The notes beneath the pieces were generated by a model. That model did not search any database. It was not told the origin of the DNA and saw only the letters and a list, made by a program, of their open reading frames with translations. The position numbers were made by a program, and so were the translations under genes. From assembly GCA_964247055.1 (NCBI GenBank), contig OZ176055.1, forward strand, positions 6,262,001 through 6,326,000: a stretch of DNA of 64,000 bases, given 5' to 3'. This document shows positions 25,301 through 36,349 of this stretch, in pieces; position 1 is the first letter of the stretch; every line of letters starts with the position of its first letter. Source of the DNA: Paragordius varius (Eukaryota > Animalia > Nematomorpha).

Positions 25301-28300
25301 TTTTGACGAAATAGAATAGAGATGTCTTACTTTCTATACAATTTACAAAATAAAAACAAAATATACTATACTTGTTCTTTTGTCGCTGATAATGTAGGTT
25401 GTTGCATTCCATTTTCATCTTGTTGGACTGCTGGAAATTGATCTTTTGTATCAGTATCAGAAAGGGAAATGCGTGAAGATGATGCGTTTGAAGTGGAAAA
25501 ATCTTCCATCATGCTTGCTTCTGTAAATTTTCATAATATGATAAAAAAATTTCTATAACTAACGAACGACATTTTATTTTGTGAGAATCAGTCTAATTCA
25601 TGTCCGAATCGAAAAAAAACTAAAAATCTAAGTTTATTATTATAAATAATATGTTATGATATTGGTAATATTAAATAATATATACATAAGCAATTTATAT
25701 AATAAATTTAAATTATATAAGTTTGTTTAACATTTTGATCAAGAATATATAGATAATTTTACCATATCAAAAAATATGGTAGGAGATAGAATGAAAAACT
25801 ATGCTAAACCTCGAAACTGTACAATTTTAACATTACTATCAGCCCTGGGCAAATAAAGCTTTTTATCCCTAACTGATAGGCCCTTAACTTTCAATGAAAA
25901 AAAGAAAACAAGAGAATCTGCCCTCCATAATTTATTTTAATAACCAACGTTAATAATTGGAATTATGGTTAGGATTTTTACCGGATATCGGAGCCGGTCA
26001 AAAGCAGGACGGTCATAGTTAGTGATTAATACCCTAACACAAATCAGTGTTCCAAAAAATAAAATACTAAAGTTAACCAATCACTAGTAATTTTTTGAGG
26101 ATTTCATCTATTTTTACGATTTCATAATAAAGAATGGTTTGTCTGAATAACATGCATTACAAATCAACTGGTAATTTCGATTAATTAAAATACCGGCAAG
26201 ACCCAATCCTAATTACAATCGATAATTATTATGTCTCATCATACCAGAAGCACTGGAATGCGAAGATGATAAAAGAGACATTTTGTCCTCTAACATAGGT
26301 AGCTTATTGTGGCGAATCCCATGGTGCTGAGATTTTCCTACAGAAAATGGTTGGTGTTGTTGTGATTCTGAAGTGGATTTGATAACACTTTGAATACTAG
26401 TAGTAGGAGTCGTATAATTAAGGCGAGAGGCAGAAGCATACTTTTTAGCACCTATCAAAGGATATTGCACATCTTTACCATCAACATTGTGTAAATCATT
26501 GTAAGCGTGGCTATTTTGGGCTGCATCAAAAAAATCTTGATCTAGATTATGTGGGGAAGAAAAATGTTTAAATTTTGGTTTTGAGAATACTAAATATAAT
26601 GATTCATTAAAACAGCGTGGTTTAACGGACAAACAACAATATGATGAATGATTGTAAAACGAAAAAAAAACAAATTATGCTTGGGAAAATTATCTTTCGT
26701 GTAGTACATGTTGCATATTGTATGCGAGCATAAAACAACTTGCATAAGATTTTGGTCATAATTTGTATAGAATCCTAACCTAAACTATGTTGCGTCAAAG
26801 CCGTAGGCACATACGGTTCAGAGGTTTTCTTCGCCGTAACTTTTTTGGATAATCTTTTTTCTCCGCCCATGTTTTTGTTTGTAGCGATTGCTTTAGAAGG
26901 GAATTGTTCATCACTTTCTACCGCTTGTGTTTGTGATAATCTACGATCTCTAAGATTGGCATACAAAGCACTATTGCTTGTATTACTCGTCTTTTGCTGA
27001 GCATTAACAGTTTGCTGGCTTTGTTTGGTCATTGAACGGAGCAAGAGATTGGAACATTGGGTAGCCAGGTTAATGGCATCCATCCAACATTTACCTTCAT
27101 TAATTATTACATTAAAAGTGTAGAATTAAGAGAGCAAAATTTTAGGTTTCTTCTTGAGGTGGTCAGATTAAAAAAATATATAGAGCGTTTGGTTAAATCC
27201 TTATCCAAAATCAATTATATAGAATTTTTCCATGTGATTAAACAATTTTTAATCACATAAATGGCTGACATAAACATAGTCAGAAAATTTTGCCGTATCC
27301 AAAAGAAAATAAAAAAATAAATTCTTAATTTACGTAAAACAGGTTTTTGTAAAATATTTGTTTATTTTGATGAAGGACTGTAAACTATAATTAAGATATT
27401 TATATATTATATAATGTTTAAATAGATTGGCTAAAAATTTACCGCAAAAAATATAAAAAGTGGTAATATAAAAAACAAAAAGGTCGCTACTAACTAAACA
27501 ATGTTAATATTAGCTAGATTTTTAAGATTATTAAATCATATTACAAAAATACTCTCAACTAAATCCAACCACATAAATAAATGCAAGAAATAATCTTATG
27601 ATTAAGATATTTAATTGCATGTGCGTACCAATCAAATTACTTAATTATATAAAATGGTTTCATAAACTATAATATATATGAAAACGTAATTACACACATT
27701 AGTAAATTGTATGACAAAGTGCAATTTTCGGAGATAATTTCCAAAAGATAAAAAAGACTTAATGAATTATTAAAAAAATTAAATGCTTTTATATGTGTGT
27801 GTTCATAAATGACGAAATGAATTAACTAAAAAAATAATCAATAAAAAAATGCTAACAAAAATATATCTATGAAAAAATAAAAAAATAATCATATACCTGC
27901 ATCTTCATTTGTAGCTCTAAATATTAAGTAAGCCGATGGTAGTGGGATAGTAAGGGCTCCAATTGTTTCCCCTTTTGGCCCCTAAGATTAAAATATATTT
28001 GTTGTTGAAAAATTAATTAAATTTTAAAAAATTATGACAACATTAAATTTAATGATACCTTAGATGTCCAAATAGATTCACCCATGCTATGAAAAATTTT
28101 GAAACAAAATCCAGCCTTTTTTGATGGTCGCTCAATTACGTGACACGATGTTAGAAGTATGGTCCCAACCCATTTTCCATTCTAATTTTAATTTTTATAA
28201 ATACTTTTTCGGGTGTGTTATTGTATAATATCATGACGCCAGGTTTAAGTATACAATATAATTTCGTCCATCCCTTTAAACTGCCTCGGACCTTTAACCA

Positions 28301-28463
28301 ATCCGATAAAATTATGACAGATGGATCATTTAGTAAATCTAAAAATTGCTGGGCTGCTTTATGTTTTTCAGCTAAATAATTTTGTTTTTGCACCTTTATA
28401 TTACTAATATTAAACTTTGTGGGATGGCTTTCTATTTAAATTCGTGTCCGATACTGTTGTCAT
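17253..28463 (-). CDS. OSBPL8: Oxysterol-binding protein-related protein, ORP5/ORP8 type (20 exons, ~1005 aa)
   Basis: Exons (minus): 28463-28416, 28393-28205, 28181-28059, 27981-27897, 27094-26780, 26589-26245, 25520-25372, 25096-25000, 24552-24381, 24219-24138, 23463-23365, 20646-20550, 19859-19663, 19350-19225, 18835-18738, 18629-18479, 18382-18246, 18103-17971, 17722-17548, 17452-17253. All introns GT-AG and in frame. PH domain (SDWLKVRGSLKGWTKLYCILKPG), ORD motifs LPTFILEPRSFLDKL, KKPYNP and EQVSHHPP, RPWDPLND, and C-terminal TM tail VIVLSLVFFILQIFIIYYLRR. This is the single ORP5/8 co-orthologue type, so the symbol is approximate. Confidence 0.93.
19352..19392. repeat. (TA)n microsatellite; similar runs at ~4479, 19866, 20340, 20702, 33890, 42819 and 43520
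   Basis: Direct inspection. Confidence 0.9.
19903..20085 (+). mobile_element. 5'-truncated RTE-clade LINE 3' end (antisense, in an ORP5/8 intron)
   Basis: Translates ILFGLVDGTRRRGRPKKRWIDVLKSITNL...QDRLKWRTLI...SL*, the typical RTE/BovB C-terminus (GRRRRGR..RW.D...DR..WR), followed directly by a short (CAA)n tail. Confidence 0.75.
20762..23206. mobile_element. Two degenerate Penelope-like element fragments in inverted (head-to-head) orientation
   Basis: Plus copy ~21900-23206: RT motifs MGLALSPMADIFME (22080), RYVDD (~22169) and LSFLDVLI, then GIY-YIG-like GPGI.EIACSC...EQTGR (~22690-22760). Segment 20762-~21750 is the reverse complement of ~22185-23206 with many substitutions. Both lie in the 2718-nt ORP5/8 intron. 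Confidence 0.8.
28182..28204 (-). other. 23-nt micro-intron (ORP5/8 intron 2)
   Basis: gtatttataaaaattaaaattag; removal joins ...YNNTPEK|NGKWVGTILL, restoring the conserved PH-domain sequence. Retention frameshifts to a stop. Confidence 0.9.
28394..28415 (-). other. 22-nt micro-intron (ORP5/8 intron 1)
   Basis: gtttaatattagtaatataaag; joins MTTVSDTNLNRKPSHK|VQKQNY (compare ORP8 KKESLK-VQKKNY) and supplies the only nearby in-frame ATG. Confidence 0.8.
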
Positions 28464-29198
28464 ATGGTAATATACTAAATCTCATATGTTTGCATTCCTG
28501 ATGATTATATAAATTTTGAATTGATTTTTTAGCGCAACATTATGATAATGTTAGCTGCTTTTTGGAATTATATAATATATATGATAATAAAAACATTAGG
28601 ATTAAGTTATATTTTTAATGAAAGATGCGATTTATAGGCTAAAAAAACATTTTTGAATTTGGCCCAATACCTTTAACACTTAGATCTAAAACATTATTGT
28701 TAGATACCCCAGATTGGTTTAAAATTTGACATTTTAAAAAATATAGGGGCACTTACATAACATTAATGTACCAAAATATAAAAAAAGGTTTATTAATAGT
28801 AGATAATAATAATAAAATGGTGAAAGATAAAGGTAAAAATTTAGCCAGCATGACATGTGTGCATAACTTAAAGATGAAAATAATGCGTATCATACCACTT
28901 TCTCTATTTATATCAATGTTAAATGTGATTATAATAAAAAAGTAAACTTAATTTTGGACTTGGAATCAAATAAACACGATATTTTGCAAAAATGTTGTAA
29001 AATAAAAATAGCTTCCAAGTGTTTGATACGGATTTTTTTAAAAACAAATTTTTATTTACATATTATATTTAGGATAAAAGCATATTAAATTAAAACCGTT
29101 TTTTTTTCAATTTCAAAAATATCAAATTAAATATTCAATTCAAATCAAAGTGTTATTAATCCTTATAATAACCAAATTGGATAGTTTTGGGGTATACC

Positions 29199-32100
29199 TA
29201 AGGTGACCAGACGTCCCGCTCTTTCACACTTTGTCCCGCGTCCCGCTGCGTTTTTAAAATGTCCCGCTTTTTCACGATTATATAAAAAAAATTTTTTTTA
29301 ATACAAATAAATTTTTTTTATCCGTTTAAATTTTTTATCATTAAATATCTTTAACACTTCGTTTCAAATTGGGGTATCTAAATACCCCAGACTGAATTTA
29401 AATTAAAATTTTTAAAAAACTACTGAAGGAAACGGTCCCAATTTAAATTTATACTTCTATCCTGATAAATATTATATAAATATGCCAAAATATCTTGATA
29501 AAATTTTGTTTTGAAAAAAAAGTTCCATCACAAACTACTTCGACGCCATTTTTATTTTGCAAAATATTGTCTTCATTTAATTTTAAGGGTAAAACTAAAG
29601 CTTATTTTTTATATAAATTTCTAACATTGATAGAAATAAAAATAGCGGTTTATTTTGTATTATTTTTAAATTTTACAATTTGACACATGTCAGGTTGATT
29701 AAATTTTTACCTTTCGGTTTAAGCTTAAAATAAGTAATATCAAGTATTTTTGAATAAAATTTTTTATATATTTCGGTTTATTAATGTTATATAAGTGCAA
29801 AATTTTGCCATGGTTTTGATTGCTTCCATACTTTTTAAAGTATTTGATTTTAAACAGGCCTGGGGTATCCAACTACCCCAATTTGAATCGAAGGACTAAA
29901 ATGAGTGTGTTGCATCCAAGTGTTAAAATCTATATAAATTTTAAATTAAAATGTTTTATTTTTAAATTAAAAATATTTATTTTCTTCGAATTTATATTAT
30001 ATGATAATACACTTTCCTTCCTACTACTACTGTCATCATTATTAAAAAGCCAAGTTAACACCACAAATCTCTAGATTAAAAGACAAATTGATACCCCAAA
30101 TCGGTACCTTACACGTTTCTTCCAGAAAATTAAGGTAATATAATATTTTTTACACTAATAGTAGTTTATAAATATGAGCACAAAAAGAGGTTGTAAATTC
30201 AACGATGAATTAATGAAAGATTTTTCTTTTATCAAAAAAACAAGAATGAATCATCTGTTAAATGTCTTATATGCGAGGGGGAATTCACCCTAGCACATGG
30301 CGGCAAACATGATATTACAAAGCATATGGAAACACAGAAACATAAAAAATGTTTAGATATGGCGGCATCATCTTACAAAATGAGCGATTTTTTTGAAAAC
30401 CGCTTTTGGAGAGTAAGAAAAGAATTTGGCACTAGCTGAGGGCGTGTTATCCTTTCATGCCCTTAATCACAATCATTCTTTTAGATCTATGGACTGTACC
30501 TCACAGGTTATTCGCACGTTATTCCATAAAAAATAAGGCTGAAGCCATGTGCAATGTCCTTTCGCCACATGCATTTTCTGAAATACAAAAAGATTTGCTA
30601 AAAATTAATTTCTTTTCCCTATACTCTGATACTTCATGACACCATGAAACAAAATTATTTCCCACTTTGATAAGATATTTTGATTCAGAAACCTGAGTAA
30701 AAATTAAAATTTTAGATTTAATTTCCCTACCCGGTGAAAATTCCGAAATAATATTTACTTCAATAATGCATATTCTAGAAAAAAATAATTTAAAAGACAA
30801 AATTATCGCATATTGCGCTGACAACACCAATACGAACTTTGGTGGAAAAGCAAGAAGGGGACCAAAAAATATTTTTCATAAATTAACAGATAATCTTAAT
30901 CAAAACATTATTGGCGTTGGGTGTGCAGCGCATATAATACACAACGCTATTCAAACAGCTGCTGATTTGTTACCCCTAGATGTGGAAAATGTAGTTGTTA
31001 AAATATATTCCTATTTTTATATATACACGGTACGTGTTGAAACGCTTAAAGAATTTTGTGAAAATGCAAAAGTTCAATATCAAAAAATGCTTGGATATTG
31101 TAAAACTCGTTGGTTAACTTTTATGTCAGGTATCGAAAGAATTTTAAAATTGTATGATCCTTTAAAATCTTTTTTTTATCACAGGACAAATGTCCTACAA
31201 CTTTAAAAAATTTTTTTGAAAGTGATTCTTCAAAAATATGGTTAGAATTCTTACATATTCAAGCTTCTCTCTTTCAAAATGTTGTTAAATTTATAGAAGG
31301 TGGCAAAATTTCGGCAATTGAAGTAGCCATTGATAGTAACCTAAAATTCCAATGTCAAGAACGGTTAGAAAATAATTTTATACCATAAACCCGACATACA
31401 ATAAATAATTTAGAAAAACAAGGCTTAATAAATCGCCAAGTCCTGTACCATATAAAAATGTTTTATACAAACTGTAAGACTGAACGACGCAATTTAATGA
31501 AATTGATCATTTTCATTGGATAACATTTAAATAAGAATTTAATTGGTGCTCGAAAATCATTTGGTTATATCTGCTCCCAAAAATTATCAAAAATTCAGAA
31601 AATGATCTTTTTTCTGAAGTATCATTAGTTAAAAGATATATTAATAATGAAAAACTTAAATTATGGACAAAAGAAAAATATGCAGTAGAAAAGAAATGGT
31701 TGAAATATTTTATCATTTTGAAGCCAACTATATTACATACAATAATATTTTAAAAATTGTGGAATTCGCACTATCTTTACCTGGAACCAACGCTGCTACT
31801 AAGCGCGTTTTTTCCACAGTAAATCAGGTGTAGAAATCGGAAAAATCAAATTTAAATGTTGAAACTTTAAAGGCCGTTTTATATGTCAAATATAATTTGA
31901 CAAATTCTGAAGACTTCTACAATATTTTAAAAAATGATGACAATCTACTAAAACGCATTCATTCAAACAAAATATACCAAAGAATAAGATATTTTCTTTA
32001 AAGTTTTTGTGTTAAAAAATAAACAAAATTACTTAAAATATATAAGTCTTCATAATTTGTCAAATTATATTTGAACACATAAAATGGCTATTTAACATTT

Positions 32101-32982
32101 AAATTTGATTCCGTGTCCTTTCTACTGTGGAAAACGCCTTCAATAGCAGTGGTTCAGGTAAAGATAATGCAAATTCCACAATTAAAATATTATTGTATGA
32201 AACATAATTTGTTTAAAAATGATTATTTTAACCATTTCTATCCTACGTATTTTTTTATGTTGTCCATAATATAAGTTTTCATTCAATATATTTATTTAAT
32301 AATGAGACTTCATAAAAAAGGTCATTGTGCACCGTCTTGTCTTCCAAATAATCGTTTCTGTTTGTATAAAACATTTTTATATTCTGGCTATTCATTGAGC
32401 CTTGTTTTTCTAGATGATTTATAATATTGCGATTAGGTAATGGTATAAAATTATTTTCTAACCTTTTTTGACTTGGAATTTTGACCTTTGTGCTGTGATA
32501 AAAAATAGGATTCTAAGAGATCACATTTTCATAAATGTATCAATCGCTGGCAAAAGAGCAAACCAACAGTTCTACAATATCCCATTTTAACATCTATATT
32601 TTCCACATCCAGGGGTAACAAATCAGTAGCTGTTTGAAATGCGTTGTGTATCTGCCAATATAATGTTTTGATTAAGATTATTCGCTAAATTGTTAAAAAT
32701 ATTTGTGCCGCTTCTTGCATCACCCAGCGCACTTTGTGATGATTTCGTCTTTATTATTTTTTTCTAGAATATACTTCACCCTTTGTTCGTGCACATGTAA
32801 ATTTATTGAATAAAATGTAAACAACCTGTAAGGTACAATTTTTTATATTTATAATTTGTGTTAAAAATAAATAAATATTACAATAAATTTTTTGTATAAA
32901 AATTTTTGGTTGTACCCCCCAATGACCCCCCCCCCTTCTCAGATTTGTCCCGCTTTTTCCTTCAAAAAATCTGGTCACCTTA
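29199..32982 (+). mobile_element. hAT-Blackjack-like DNA transposon, 3784 bp, with disrupted transposase
   Basis: Perfect 13-bp TIRs TAAGGTGACCAGA / TCTGGTCACCTTA and a perfect 8-bp TSD GGTATACC (29191-29198, 32983-32990). Transposase remnants ~30174-31990: BED-like finger, YCADNTNTNFGG, GCAAHIIHN, KTRWL and hATC LSLPGTNAAT.RVFS, with several frameshifts and stops. Confidence 0.92.
29355..29922 (+). mobile_element. piggyBac-like MITE (568 bp) nested in the hAT element
   Basis: Flanked by TTAA on both sides (29351-54, 29923-26). Ends CACTT...AAGTG. The ~20-bp inverted repeat CTTCG(T/A)TTCAAATTGGGGTA is terminal on the left and set inward by a spacer on the right, an asymmetry typical of piggyBac. 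Confidence 0.8.
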
Positions 32983-33886
32983 GGTATACCAAAATTTAAT
33001 GGACTGTTAGTAATACAATTCGGAGAACGGTTTTTTTATACAAAAAAGGTATGAGGTCATAAAAAATAAAAAATGGACAATATTGGTTATAAATTCACAA
33101 TAATAGTTTCTGGCCCCTAAGTTAAAACCCATCTATTGTAAAAACAGGGGTTTTAAAAAAGGTTCTTGAAAAACGGGTCTTTAAGATATTTTTCTGGAAG
33201 GTTGTGTCCCGAATATTTATATTACGAATGCATCTATCACAGCCTGGCCATTGTTCAAAATAAGCATCTGCATTGGCCCTCATCTTCATAAATGACATTT
33301 TTGCAAAGAAACGAAGTCGACAAAAATAATTTACTAAGTTATAATTTGCCTAGCCACAATGCGTTCTAAATCGGGGGCATAATAAATTGGTGAAATATAT
33401 AGTTTGATAGGAAAAACTATCAACATAATGCATTTGATTTTGGGAAGTAAGTTATCTATTCTTATGTCTTGAGGCTCCATATCAGAAAATGGCAAAATTT
33501 GGGCAAATATTTTTGCAATAAGGCCAAATGCTTTATTGTATAAAATATCATTAAATAGTATTATTATAAACTACCGATAAAAAGCAAAATATATTTTCTA
33601 AAATATCTTGATTTTTAGATGTGGGCTTTAAATATCCATTTTTTGTTCTTCTAAATTCGCTAGTTTTTTAAAAAAATTTACGCAAAAATACCAGGATTGT
33701 GCGATAGTGACATCCAAAAAATTTTAAAAAAATGCGTACCTTATATAAAAATTTAATTTTTAACAAAATTTTGTTGACATCCTATTTTTAGGCATGATGA
33801 AAACGGTATAAAAAGCTTTTGGATATTACAAAAAACTATTTCTATATAACAATGCGTCCAAATTGGGGGGTATAAAAATATCCTGA

Positions 33887-33920
<34 letters not shown>

Positions 33921-36349
33921 TGATAGAAAAATGTATTAGAATTATCAAAATCCTTTATTTGGACCTTATCTATATTTTCAGGCTTGCCATAATATATAAC
34001 CATTTAGTAACACAAATGTCGCAGGCCGTATTTTTGACTCAAAAAACCCGGTGCCACATTTGTAATTTATATGTGCATTCATAGGATATTAGTAAACACA
34101 TATCAATTTTCTATACTGTCACTAACAGTGTAAAGTGCAAGTTTAAAGGTCATAAACTCTAATACCACTAAAGAATATTTTTATGTATGATCCTAATAAA
34201 AATTAACCTTGGTAAATTATTAATTTCAGCAATTTAAATGGCCAAATTATCTATTAAGTGAATCATAACTCTTTATTGTTATGATATAAATGAGACATTT
34301 ACAGGATAAATGATGGTACAATCATGTATTTAATTCAAGTTAAGGTGTAAATGACAGAAAACCCCATCTTTATATAAAATACCAACATATTTTGGAGGTT
34401 AATGTTTAACCTACCATTGATATCAAAAGTTAGAGTGCTTCATATCAAGGTATAAATTATAAAACCCAAATTTTTGAGGACAGAGTTTACCCCGTGTCAT
34501 AGAGTAAGACGTTCGTTCTTGTTGTGGACAAATGCGCGTATTAAACATGGATAAACACTGTCAGTTAGGGTTGTATTATATATATATATACTGAACATAT
34601 TAAGTTAACTACAATTGTTGAAAGATAAAAAAGATAACTTAGAGTTCAACGAGGGCAACGAATGACTAAGATCAAATGCTTTAATTGTTTAAGATTATAT
34701 AGGTGCGTTTGTGTCAACATCAGTAGGCGCTACTCTAGCATAATTACAAACTGCTTATTTTACAAATATTCACCCAAATTTTAAAGCAAATGAACCTTTG
34801 GGAACATCAATGGATTATAAAAGAAAAGTGTTATATTATCTTAAAATTTTATACTATTTCCACCATGCTTCAAAATACCATAAAACTCGCTTACTAAAAT
34901 TTTATTTTGATGTCAAAATATAGTATATATTTAAAATTTTTACCGCGCAACATCGGGATTTTGCGGTTAATTTAGGAAAATTTCCTATTTTAAACGGACC
35001 CAAAAAAAATTTTCGGAACCTACATCTAAAATCAGAAATGCTTTTTATATGTAGTTTATAATATATTTTGGTAATTTTTTTGAAGCATTTAGCCTTCACA
35101 CAAAAATATTAAGCATTTGGGCAAGTTTTGCCATTTTCTGTTATAGCACCTACCGCAAAAGTGGTAATAACTTTAATATATCATTTGCAAGGCTTCAAAC
35201 CAAAAGAATCCTGATATAACTAAATAGCAGAATATATAATTATTTCATCAAGATTTTTTTATGTCCACTGTGATATGGATTCAATACAATCTGTTTAATG
35301 TGTCCTAATTTATATTAAAATAAATAAGTTTTATTGCCCATCATTGATTAAACAATTTAAGTTAAACAATTATAAATTATAATTTAAAAAATATAATCTG
35401 ACCTATTTTATTGTAAATTAATTATAATTATGGATATTTTTAGATATTTTAAGAGATCAATTTGGAAAACATATCAATTATGTTAATTAGACACTAACCT
35501 ATTTATTCGTATTATAGGTAATCAATATGCTATAGCATATACTCATGCTAAATTACTATTGAACTAATGCCTTCAATTAATTCTCATCAAATTAAACCAA
35601 TTTAAACTTTTCATTAGTTTTTCTTTTTTAGACTATTTGGGTTATATAACTCAAAGCTTAAACTTGTAAATAAACTACTGTTTAAAGTTGTTTTGGTTAT
35701 AATTCAATTTTAAACATCGTTCGCTTTTAAAAAATGTCTTTTTTACAGTTTTTAGCTTCTGGAGCCCCAAAGTGGGAGAGCTCCAAAACACCATGGAAAC
35801 TGATTTTAAAATGATTAAATAACAAAAATTTGCTGGTAAAATATAATTTAAAACCTTTTTAAGGTAAATTATTGACACTTTTTTATTATACCTGTTAGCG
35901 ATTTAGACAAAAAATGGCGGCGAGCAAGTTTGAGATGAGGATATTAATAAGTTTTTATTTTAAAAAAATTGTTAACCCCATAGCCTTTTTGTGTTAAGGA
36001 TCGAAGACGTATAAAAAAATAGATAGGACTTTATGACTCAATAAAAAATCTACTATTTAAAACCTGGTTTAAAATCATATTTAAAAGGTATGAAACGGAT
36101 AGAGCTTATAATACTTGTTCTAAAAAAATAAATTCGATGCATATTCTATGTGAGGTATTTTTAAAAATTCCAATTATGCACCCGGCCTTATGTTTACGAT
36201 TCTAAAAATGTTTCTGTTGGGACAAAATTTTTCACATCAACATATGTTGGTAAAAACATTTAATTAAGGTCATTTTGAAAAATACTCACTAAAATAGATA
36301 CATATTCTTAAGTATAACCATAATTTATTTTGTAATAATTCCCCAAAAT

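Noticed and set aside
26213-27083. Two ORFs (139 and 102 aa) as a nested gene inside ORP5/8
   Set aside because: They splice in frame as ORP5/8 linker exons; CWMDAINLA continues the PH domain.
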